Of a stretch of 64,000 nucleotides of DNA, positions 13,305-24,103 are shown piece by piece. The stretch spans positions 62,001-126,000 of the forward strand of contig JAPETS010000044.1 in NCBI GenBank assembly GCA_026023565.1. The letters run 5' to 3'. Each line of letters starts with the position of its first letter. Within the stretch, counting starts at the first letter, position 1. The translations under genes and the position numbers were made by a program. This stretch comes from Cirrosporium novae-zelandiae (lineage: Eukaryota). The notes beneath the pieces are model-generated. The model was given only the letters and a program-made list of their open reading frames with translations, had not been told where the DNA came from and made no database searches.

Positions 13305-14325
13305 ATGGCCACTTTCATCAACACCATGTTCGTTACCTCGTTCTTTTCCCTGGCCCAAAAGTCCAAACCCCCACCAGCGCCCCTAGCGCCCATAACTACC
13401 CTTAGAAAATCCAGCTCTTGCGTGACAATCCATATCAATCATGACTCCCCATCCGCACCCATTCTCGCATCCACGTCGCCTATTCTTGATGTTCTAAAGG
13501 AGAATGTAAGCTCACATGAAGATGGAAATAGCAATGCGCGCGGACGAGGGCACTTTAAGCCACGAACAGCAGCCAAAGGAACAAGCAGTTATCAGCTCCG
13601 TCAGTTCGCCGAAGCAACACTTGGAAGTGGAAGTCTCAGGAAAGCTGTAAAGTTGCCTGAAGGAGAGGATTTGAACGAATGGCTGGCTGTAAATGGTATG
13701 CGATACTTTTAATGAGGGGATTACTATGCAGGCGCTAACGGACGGATGTAATGGTAGTCGTCGATTTCTACAACCAGATCAATCTCCTCTACGGAGCTAT
13801 TACCGAATTCTGCTCCCCACAAACATGCCCCGAAATGAAAGCAACGGACGAGTAGGATCATCAGCACCACCATTGAATCTCTGTTAACAGCGTCAGGTTC
13901 GAATATCTGTGGCAAGACTCGGAAAACTTTAAGCGCCCGACGAAGATGTCGGCCCCAGACTACATTGAGCATCTAATGTCCTGGGTTCAGGGCAGCATTG
14001 ATAATGAACAAGTCTTCCCGAGTAGAATTGGTAAACCCCAGTAGACCCTGTTATGTGGAACAATTGCTGATGTTTTCTGATAGGTGTTCCTTTTCCCAAA
14101 GGCTTTCAAAGCACTGTCCGTCAGATGTTAAAACGGATGTACCGCGTTTATGCCCATGTTTATTGCCATCATTACCCTGTTATCATTCACTTGGGTCTCG
14201 AGCCCCATCTCAACACGAGTTTCAAACATTATGTCCTCTTCATTGATGAACATAATTTGGCGGGCGGAAAGGATTACTGGGGACCTCTTGGAGAATTGGT
14301 GGATAATATGCTGCGGAATGACTAG
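13305..14325 (+). CDS. MOB1: MOB kinase activator Mob1 (SIN/MEN component), multi-exon
   Basis: Spliced exons give [18 protein letters not shown]...[48 protein letters not shown]...[20 protein letters not shown]...[14 protein letters not shown]...HLNTSFKH. Introns have canonical GT..AG ends. Confidence 0.95.
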
Positions 14326-14854
14326 TGTTCAGGGATTGGTAAAAATTTGCATGAGAAGCAAAGGCGCTAGGTATGACAAGGGCGAAACCAATGGTAAAAT
14401 GGGAGGTAACTAGGGCAGACAAAGGGTAGAAGGACGATAATGCTGCTGAGGCGTTGGAGCAACTTATGGTTGGTTGACTTTTCTTGATGGTATATTTCAA
14501 ATAGATTGAAGAATACTTTCTACTGTAGTATTCAGGAACTCTGATGGTTATGAGTAATCGGATAATAGCGGCAGTTAGTCTAGTGGAATCTTCACAGTAC
14601 GTACAGTACTGCAACGGCGCCATGATTAAGCTATTGAGTCCCATTTACGGATATCAAGCCCTAGAGAATCGCCGGAAAGGGTTCCGTTCTTCGGCTTCAC
14701 GGGCCTTTGTGTGCCGTTGTTGGTCTGTGCTCAAAAAATATCTGAGTCATGGCAAAAGATATCTACAAGGACAAACGAGAAGTAGAGTCACGGCACCTCG
14801 TCTTCAAAGAATTTATATCGGGAGAAGATTTCAATTTCTGAGTCAAGCTCGATC

Positions 14855-17157
14855 ATGGAGGGTTTAAAGAATACCTTTGCTCAATGCAAAAAGGAGGGGC
14901 GCTCAGCCCTCGTTACTTATGTGACTGCCGGCTACCCCACCGCGGAGGAGACTCCCGATATCATGCTGGGGATGGAAGCTGGGGGTGCTGGTTAGCTATC
15001 CAACCTTTCTTCAAAGACAAGAAACACACACTTACAATTGATTGTATAGACTTGATTGAACTAGGTGTTCCTTTCACAGATCCAATTGCTGATGGTCCAA
15101 CAATTCAAAAAGCCAATACACAAGCACTGAAGAATGGAGTTACAGTCACATCAACACTACAGATGGTACGAGATGCAAGAAAACGAGGTCTCAAGGCCCC
15201 AATATTATTAATGGGCTATTACAACCCAATTCTAAGTTACGGGGATGAAAAACTGTTACAAGATGCCAAGGAGGCAGGAGTCAATGGATTCATTCTTGTC
15301 GATCTACCACCAGAGGAAGCCGTGAAGTTTAGGAACTTTTGCACCAAATATGGGTAGGAAAGAGATGATTGTGGCAATAGAGTACAACTAACTTCTTTCT
15401 TCTTATCTAGCCTATCCTATGTCCCCCTTATTGCTCCCTCGACCTCCGACTCCCGTATGCGCCTCCTCTGCAAAATCGCTGACTCGTTTATATATGTTGT
15501 GTCTCGCATGGGAGTTACTGGCGCCACCGGAACCCTCAACACCCACCTCCCCGAGCTTCTCGAAAGAGTACATAATTATTCTGGCAATATTCCCGCAGCT
15601 GTGGGCTTTGGCGTCAGCACCCGAGAACACTTTTTGAGCGTACAAAAGATTGCCGAAGGTGTTGTCATTGGAAGCCAAGTCGTCACAGCGCTAGCTGAGG
15701 CGCCTGCTGGACAGGGAGCCAAGGCAGTGGAGAGTTATCTTGGACAAATCATGGGGAAGGTTAAGGGTGAATTCAACAACGTCAACGGAATTACGAGAGA
15801 AGTAGGGATAGTGGAAGCTATTCATGAAGCAAAAACGACCAGTAAAACCCCTCAAGTCCACGACGTCATTACCGACGGTGTCAACGGCGATAAGCCTGGT
15901 CTTGCAGACCAGATTGAAGCTTTGAATGCGGAAACTGGGAAAGCAAACCCACATCACCTGCCAATGCGCTTCGGCGAGTTTGGAGGTCAGTACGTTCCTG
16001 AATCACTAATGGACTGTCTGCAGGAGCTAGAACAGGGCTTCGAGGATGCAATCAAGGACCCGAAGTTTTGGGCAGAATATCGCTCATATTATGACTACAT
16101 GGGGCGACCGTCGCGGCTACATGCCGTTGATCGGTTGACTGAATACTGTGGTGGTGCATACATTTATCTGAAAAGGGAGGATCTGAACCATACTGGCAGT
16201 CACAAAATCAACAATGCCCTTGGTCAAGTCCTAGTGGCTCGACGACTTGGCAAGACCCGCATCATCGCCGAAACAGGTGCCGGCCAACATGGTGTTGCTA
16301 CGGCGACGATATGCGCAAAGTTCGGAATGGAGTGTGTAATTTATATGGGTGCGGAGGACGTCCGACGTCAAGCTCTTAATGTCTTTCGGATCAAACTTCT
16401 CGGCGCAAAGGTAATTGCCGTTGAAGCTGGAACTAGGACATTGAGAGATGCAGTCAACGAAGCCCTAAGGGCGTGGGTTGTACATCTGGATACGACACAT
16501 TATTGCATCGGTAGTGCAATCGGACCTCATCCCTTCCCCACTATCGTAAGGATATTCCAAAGTGTTATCGGAGATGAGACAAAAGAGCAAATGAAGAGAA
16601 TGATTGGGAAACTTCCCGATGCCGTCGTTGCGTGTGTCGGGGGTGGCTCGAACGCAACAGGCATGTTTGCACCGTTCGCAGAGGACAAGGAGGTTATGCT
16701 CCTGGGTGTTGAAGCCGCCGGCGACGGGTTAGAAACATCCCGCCACTCGGCAACCCTCACAGCAGGCACAAAGGGCGTCCTCCACGGTCTACGAACCTAT
16801 GTTCTCCAAGACTCGAATGGCCAGATCAACGATACACACTCCGTATCCGCTGGTCTCGATTACCCCGGCGTAGGTCCTCAACTCGCATCCTGGAAGGATA
16901 GCGGTCGGGCGACATTCACAGCCGCCACAGATGCCCAGGCATTCGATGGTTTCAGGAAGCTGAGTGAGCTCGAGGGAATCATCCCCGCGCTGGAGAGCAG
17001 TCACGCGGTGTGGGGGGGTATGGAGTTGGCGAAGAAGCTGGGAAAGGGGAAGAATATTGTTATTAATTTGAGCGGGAGGGGTGATAAAGATGTTGAGAGT
17101 GTTGCGGAGGGCCTACCAAAGCTTGGGCCGATGATCGGATGGGATCTTAGATTCTAG
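14855..17157 (+). CDS. TRP5: Tryptophan synthase, fused alpha+beta (fungal type), two introns (~14991-15049, ~15354-15410)
   Basis: Alpha motifs [17 protein letters not shown] and MGYYNP; beta motifs [16 protein letters not shown] (PLP lysine), [35 protein letters not shown]. Confidence 0.97.
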
Positions 17158-17617
17158 AGGGCTGGTCAGCCAGCTAGCTAATTAATTAGCTGACCGAGTT
17201 ACCCCGTGTCACTTACTCCATATACCAAACGGGACTAGATACGAGCGAGGTTTCTGGAGAAGAAGAAACGTTCGACTATGACTGCTGATAGGATCGATTC
17301 TTGGGATGATGAAAAAGAAAACCCGGACCCATGACGCTGAACTGGGGTATGTTGTGTGTGTGTGAACAAATGAAACTAAATAGATAGATGAGAAAGAGAA
17401 TTCAAAAAAAATAAAGATTAATTATTGGTATATTTAATATTATCATCTACAGGGTAGGTAAGGAATCGGCTAGATTGACCAGAACCAAAGGGTTCAGTCC
17501 AGTCGATTTACCGACAGAAAGGCTTGGTCTAGTCCGTCTATACTGTAGACCGTCAGCGTATATAATATCACATAATACAGTTCATACAATACATATAATA
17601 CAAGGCCGCGCGCGCGG

Positions 17618-17850
17618 GAACGCGGAAAAGATTTTACACCCCGATTCATACAAATAACACTTTATCTTATCTCCACGTGACTTTATCTAATTGTTATCTA
17701 ATCTTTAAACGAAATAAAATATATATATATATACACGTGATTAGACTATAATCAACCTTGGATAATATCAAGGTCTGATCGGTCTGGTCGGTCTGTTGAG
17801 GTCAGATGGGTCTATTTAGTCTGGCCTGCCTATATTCACCTTCGCTAGGG
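17618..17850 (+). repeat. Copy A of a local dispersed repeat family ((TA)n-CACGTGA-hairpin-GGTCT/GGTCG pentamers)
   Basis: Contains atatacacgtgattagactata..aaccttggataatatcaaggtctgatcggtctggtcggtct...ccttcgct. Aligns by eye with 19200-19430 (same strand) and with the reverse complement of 20128-20654 and 23755-23950. Confidence 0.8.
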
Positions 17851-19199
17851 CTAGGGCTAGGGCTCGTAATCGAGACTTCGGGACTAGCTGAGCTTCTTAA
17901 CGAAACCAGTCATCAAGCTCGGGATATTAGGCTGACTAGAGGAGTTTCTAGAAGAGCTTTTAAAAGACTTTTTTACAAGGCCTATGGTAGATACGGGGGG
18001 GGTGTAATGTTCGAACTAGGGCTTGCTTGTGTGTGCGAGGGAAGGGGGGGGGGGTAGTCGAAGCTCGGAACTCTGCAGCTAGTCTAATATTTTGTATATT
18101 ATATATATCGATAAAAGCTCGCTTTTATAATCTTTATAAATTGGTGCGTATTATATATATAATTGATTAATTGGATCGTATAATTGCTTATGACTTAATA
18201 TCTATTGTTGTACCTTTTAGCTCGCGAACTTCTTATTTCGAGATTTTACAAAGTAGGACTATCCATTGTCTTTGCTTATATGCAACTTGGTCTATTTTTT
18301 GAAAGTAACCCTAGATTGGGTGCTTGGTGCAAAAACTTGGAAGGGACGTTCTCAGTCTATCTAATAAAATCCTGGAGAAAAACTAAGGCTCAGTTAACGG
18401 AGGGAGAGAGGAAGATAAAGAAGCTTCGGGGGGGGGAGCTTAAAAAGGGGGGGGGTTGCGTTGGAAGGCTCTCTCTCAAGTTAGCTGGTGAAATACTAGG
18501 AAACCGAGAGGTTCTGAATACCAGAGGAAGAAGGTGAGGAAGAAAACTTGAGGGGGGGGGGGGCTTGAAAAGCAATTTTAAGGGGGCTTCTGGGGATTCT
18601 TTTAAAGGAGCTTTTGAGGAAGTTTGCCATATCAAAGGTTCTCAAATCGACTAATAAAATACCAAGGGAATCTAAGATTCAAAAACTTAAGGGTAAATAA
18701 ATAAATAAGAAAATAAATAAGAAATTGAAGAATTCTAAGGAGATATAAAAGCGAGGTGATGGTTGATGACCAGTCGCATTAGCTTGGTAAGAGAAATTAA
18801 GCTTCTTGTTGAAATGGGTCATTTGTCGGAGGTCCTTTCATTTATTGCTTAGCAAAATACTAACTAGAAAGACTGAGATCTAATTAACAGAGACGGTGAG
18901 GTTCGAGATAGATGCGCAATCAAGAAGTAAGTAGGAGAAGAGGATAGAAATACAGAATTTTCTAGAATCCTAGCATTCTAGGCAAGGTGAATCTCGAGCT
19001 AGGTGAAGGGTATTAAGCTCAACTGATAAAGTAGGCGGGAGGTGTAACCGGGCAAGGCGTTCTCTGCCAGCTGTCTAGGAGGTCTGACTTCTAGTAAGGA
19101 AATACCCAATAGAATTGAGGTCAGGATTGCAAGGATCAAAGGGGGGAAGGGAGAAGAGGCGAAGATTCTGATAAAGAAAATGTTTAAAAAAAAAAACTG

Positions 19200-19430
19200 A
19201 GGAATAAAAACTTAAGTTTGTTAGTAGAATATTAATGGGTTTGAGGATATATATATATACACACACATGATAGATCGATATATAGACTTTGGATAGTTTA
19301 AAATCTGATTGGTTCTAATTATCAAAAAGCTCGATCTGGTTGATCTGGGTCGGTCTGGGTCGGTCGGGGTCAGACCCGTTCTCTTTGGTTTGGTCTGGCC
19401 TCTAATTCCCTTCGCTGATTATCTACTGCG
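19200..19430 (+). repeat. Copy B of the same repeat family
   Basis: atatacacacacatgatagatcgatatatagactttggatagtt...ggtcggtctgggtcggtcggggtcagacccgttc...attcccttcgctgattatc aligns with the reverse complement of 20175-20300. Confidence 0.8.
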
Positions 19431-19676
19431 ATGAGTACTTGTATATGTTATTTGAATGGATTAAGTAAGTTAAGAGAACCTCAGTCCCAATGCGTGTTAG
19501 TCCAGTATATTGTATAGTCCTATAGACTACACCTCCTCTTTTTTTCTCGCTCATTTTCTGTGTGAATCAATCTTAGGGTTGCCGTACAGTGTTAGGTATT
19601 CACTAATAGTGTGTTGTCAACCTGTCACAAAGAGAAAGAGTATAGGAATGGGAAGAGCAGCATAAAAGAACAAGGG

Positions 19677-19765
19677 CTCGAGGATGAGTCGCATGTTTGA
19701 ATGCGCAACTCGCTTGATTATCCAATGCCGTGAATGCACATTCAAACATACGACTTACCCTCGGG
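19677..19765. repeat. 31-bp imperfect inverted repeat with 27-nt spacer
   Basis: Left arm ctcgaggatgagtcgcatgtttgaatgcgca (19677-19707) versus reverse complement of 19735-19765 cccgagggtaagtcgtatgtttgaatgtgca: 26/31 identical. A third copy lies at ~20128-20180. Confidence 0.85.
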
Positions 19766-20127
19766 CTAGCTAGCTAGCTAGCTAGACCGGTCCCGAATAA
19801 TAAAAGTCGGGGAGATCATTAATAACTAAGATGGCCGTAGTTGTAGTAGTGATTTTTGTCAGTTAGCACTAACTACTACTTTAAAAGTTGTCAGGGGTTA
19901 TGTGTCAAAGGATTTAAAGGCTCCGATAAATGTAGTGTAGTGTAGTGTGGCGGTAAGAAGTGCGTTGCTTGCGCGTATAAGTAATAATATAAGATTGAAA
20001 GCTAGCCTTCCCCCAGTTTCTTTCCTTTTTTTTTTCTATATGAGCTTCTTCATTCTATCTATCTATGTACGTGTTTCCCCCTTTAGCCTTATCAGCGCTA
20101 TATAACCTTATGGTTTCTGCAATCTGG

Positions 20128-20654
20128 CCGAAGGGTGAGAGTCGTATGTTTGAATGTGGTTATTCATGACATTGGAGATAGTGAAGGGAATGGGTTAGAC
20201 TAAATCGAACGGATGGTTTGACCCCGACCGACCAGACCAACCAGACCTTGACTATCCAAGGTCCTATATCGATCTATCACGTGTGTATGTATATATATAC
20301 CTAAATACTTTGAAAATATTACTCAATCAATCCTAGAAAGTTTGTTAGTACCCCCCCCACTTTAGGGCCCGTGTACTCTAGTTTTCTACGGTTAATTTCC
20401 GTCGTAGTTAATATTTCAAATTTTTAATAGACTTGGAGTGCCTGTAAACTATAATTAATTACCTACCTCTGTCAAAGTAAAGGCGAGCTAATAATTATTT
20501 TATTTTGGGTTTGATCAAATAACTTATTAATCAAATTATATTTTTGATTTTATTTGATCTAGATTGGATAATAGATAAGATTACACAAGTGTCACGCGTG
20601 AAGAGATAAGATATGGTGTTTATGAATCAGAGGTCTAACATTTGTTGCACGTTC
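20128..20654 (-). repeat. Copy C (inverted) of the repeat family, interrupted by a ~200-bp insertion (~20331-20528)
   Basis: The reverse complement of 20175-20300 matches copies A/B, and the reverse complement of 20547-20654 matches 17618-17720. The intervening segment is missing from copy D. Confidence 0.8.
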
Positions 20655-21418
20655 AAATAGATTAATTAGTCTATGTGGCTTACCCACCCTCGGCTGGGCC
20701 GTTTGGAGAGTTTTGAAGGTTGAAAAGTTTAAGAGTTTTGAAAGTTTGCAGGTACTTGGGTATGTATTTATGTGGTAATTACTTGTACCTGTGGGTGGCT
20801 TGCTTCACTTAGGGTGGTGTTTTACAAATGCAGGTACTTTACAATTTCTTCGACCCTTAACATAAATAACCCGACTTACCGATTTACTTTATCCTAACGT
20901 CCCACGCCTTTTTACAAAACCTTAAAGTGACATCCTTCTATGACCCCTTTTCTTCTCTTAATTTTTTATATCTTTTCCGTGACTTATTAAATATATATAT
21001 ATATATATGTTCATAAGCGGTTTGAAAATGCAAAGTATAAGTAGATAGGTAAATGGATAAATTACAAATCTCTCTTTGATTCCTTAACCTAACTAGCTTA
21101 ACTACCTAAATCCATTAAACGATAAGAGAGGGTATATATATAGATAAATATTAGATAGGATGAAATGAAAGAGTGCACTCACGAATAATCTCTGAAACTC
21201 CGGTCCGATCTATCTGTACAGTACAGGCTCGACTGGGTTCTTATATCCATCCAACAAACCCACCATACAGGCATAAGATCCGGAAGACATCAACGGAAAG
21301 ATGGAAATAAAACCATGCAATCGTCCCTTCCCTCTTTGCTAGGTCGAACCCAGTGTAGGTCAACCCCATTTGTACCTGTTGAAGGCTGATGGAGGCGTTC
21401 ATTCTTTATACTCATTCG

Positions 21419-22335
21419 TCACCTCTCTAATCGACGCTTCAAGTTTTTTTTCTTCCCAGGGTTGTCATCACTCTCTGGTGTATTGTCTGTCTCAGTGTCA
21501 ATGGAAATCCTTGGAACTTCGGAGGTAGCTGTCGGAGATGGTGATGATTCTTGCCCAAGTGGAGAGTCTAAGGTCGTCACGTTATGATGGTAAACGGGAT
21601 ATGGAATAAATTTCGGTGGCATGGGCTCCGCTGGGGTTGGTTGTGCAGGTAGACCTCTGCCGGTCTGTCTCTTGGCAGCCCTTGGAAGATGGAAACGGGG
21701 CTGGCTTTCGGGGTGGATTGTAGTTGGCGGGGCATAAGAATCTCTCATGATGCCTAATTGGTTCTGTGGGGCATTGTGGTGAATGTAGACATGAGTCGGG
21801 GAAAAAGGTAGAGATGGAGGTGGGGGTGGAGCGAATTCTTGGTTTTGTGGGACAAAATCGTTTCCATCTGTAGGAGCCCATCCCCGGCCTTGGGGGTAGG
21901 AAGGTGAAGGACCGGGAACCCTGTTTAGGTCGGGTCTGTTAATTCTCGTTGGAACCAGTTCTCGACCTTGGAGGTTAGGTCGAGGATCTGAGGTATAAGA
22001 CATCCCGTTTCTGCCACCCTTGACTGGTGCTCCAAGAAGAGGAAAGGACTTTGTTGGGCTTGACTTGGCATTCGCAGTCACCATTTGCACCTTGATATCC
22101 CCTACGCGATAATAAATGTTGGGGGCTTGACCTTTGTCTCCTGTAAATATCATCAAAGATCAGTTCGGTCGGTCTTAACGAAGGTGACACTTAGCATCGA
22201 TCAGAAATGGAGGATATTTGGGAATAGCTTACCAAAGGTCTCAGCGATATTCTCCCAATTAATACCTTCAAGGTCGTAAACATTCGCGAAATAGGCATGC
22301 ATGAGCTTTTGGTCATTTTCGGCAGTCCACTCCAT
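21419..22335 (-). CDS. Hypothetical protein (~274 aa): N-terminal Myb/SANT-like helix motif plus Pro/Ser-rich disordered tail and basic C-terminus; one predicted intron 22141-22232
   Basis: Exon 1 MEWTAENDQKLMHAYF..INWENIAETFG splices in frame (G|gtaag..ctgat..cag|GA) to ORF 21419-22156. It ends with KKKNLKRRLER (NLS-like). Confidence 0.55.
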
Positions 22336-23672
22336 TTCCGAGGCATAGAGATGAATTGCGCAAATTGCTTCGATTATGCGATTGTCAAGCATGTAGAAGG
22401 TTGTGTTTAATGTGTCCTTGTTGAAAGGAAATCCTTAAAGAAAGTGGGCTGGGAAAGATCTATATAATCCTTGGTGAAGCATAGGTCACCGTGACACCAT
22501 AGCGACAGTAGGTGGAATGCCGAGCCATGAAAACAAGTGACCGTCTCTGAACGCAATAGGAGATAACAGAGCCGAGATACATATGCTTTGTCGTATACAG
22601 AGTTAGGAATAGACCAGATCATCTGGTCATATAATATAACAGATATTTGCTTAGTCAATTAATATACCCAGTCAATCCTAGAATGTTTGTTAGCACCCCC
22701 CACTTTGACAGAGGTCTGAACTATCTGTATTTTAACCTGTAATTTCAATTTTTCTTGTCTTCCTTTCCTTCTCTATAGCTGTCATGCACTCCAGGTCAGT
22801 AAAACATTGAAATATTATGACGGAAATTAACTGTATAAAGCTAGAGTGCACGAGCTCTCACCATATTCCGATATATTGATCACTTAATCATTTTGTGTCG
22901 GTGGAATACCTAATATAATAGTGTTGTTGTGGAATGTATGGTGATCAATAGAAGTCCCAGTAGAAAGTTTAGTCAGGACCTTAAGCTGTAAACTGAGTCA
23001 AGGCCGAGGCTCAGTATGATTCAGCAAAGAAGTTGATACCTAAATCTGCCTGAAAATAGTGATCTGACCTATTATATAATCCTTACATGACATCCCTGCA
23101 AGCGTGCACCATTTTTGGACAGAGCAGGATATACGGTTAATTGCCGTCGCTGTAATATTGTATTTGAATAATATTTTATCGACTGAAGTGGCTGGCAGCC
23201 AAGGGCGTATTCGGGAACCGACATGCCCCCTATTTCTGAATATGGCGGCGTCGTACGGGGAAATAGGGGTGCGTAACAAGTAGTTGTATTTCTTTAGCTA
23301 GCCCTAGTTAGGGCGCTTGAAGTACAGATGCCTTATGTGTGCCGCCTCTCCACGTTTAGGCTTTTTATGATTTTTAATGTTATGAACGTTAAGGGCAAAT
23401 TACAGGTTAAAATATAGAGAACTGAGACCCCTGCCAAGGTGTGACGAGCTCTGTCCATGTCATGTAAGGATTATAATAGGTCAGATCATACTGAGCCTCA
23501 AGATCTTATCATTGGACCAATTAACCCCCCAGTGTGACCCTGAGAGATCTCCGCAGGGAACCGAAACAATCCCCCCCCTGCAAGCGTTGCAGGAGACACC
23601 ATTATAAATCTCCCTCAAAACCTTAACACCACAAAGTTTCTCCTTTCACTATATAATCCAATTCGTATTTAT

Positions 23673-23950
23673 ATAGACTAGATAGGCTTTGGACAATCAA
23701 GGTCTGGTTGGTTTATGAAAAACCTCGGTCTAGTCTAAAACAACAATTCTAGGATGAAGGGAATGGACCAGACCGACCAGACCAAGCTTTTTCATAGACC
23801 GCCAGACCTTGACTGTCCAAGGTCTATATCGGTCTATCACGTGTATATACATAAAGTACATAATTAGGCACTTAACTATATATGTAAGCACTTAGGATAT
23901 TACTGATAAAATTATATTTTTTATTTTATTTAGATTAGATAATAGATTAG
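23673..23950. repeat. Copies E (+) and D (-) of the repeat family, forming a ~63-bp-arm fold-back (23673-23735 / 23775-23837)
   Basis: atagactagataggctttggacaatcaaggtctggttggtttatgaaaaacctcggtctagtc versus reverse complement atagaccgatatagaccttggacagtcaaggtctggcggtctatgaaaaagcttggtctggtc. D continues through cacgtg to 23950 and matches C. Confidence 0.85.
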
Positions 23951-24103
23951 ACTAAAGATTAGATAAGATCGCTGATGAGTACATGAATGCGTGAATGACG
24001 TACGGTCCGAGGTCGGAGAACCGGAGAAACTGACCTCCATTCGCCGATATCGATAAGGCTCCGGATCGTCAGTCTCAAGAGGATTACATCCCAGCTTTAC
24101 AAG

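Noticed and set aside
17164..17195. Imperfect palindrome just after the TRP5 stop
   Set aside because: Built from self-complementary simple motifs (AGCT, TAATTA) that are common in this genome; no evidence of function.
17900..19200. ORF 18205-18537 and G-run-rich sequence between repeat copies A and B
   Set aside because: Low complexity, non-ATG start and no domain; possibly a mutated relic but not supportable.
19746..19770. ACATACGAC resembling the 5' end of fungal 5S rRNA
   Set aside because: Similarity stops after 9 nt and no 5S internal boxes or structure follow.
17618..23950. CRISPR-like array interpretation of the repeats
   Set aside because: Eukaryotic context, irregular spacing, mixed orientation, degenerate copies and no cas genes.
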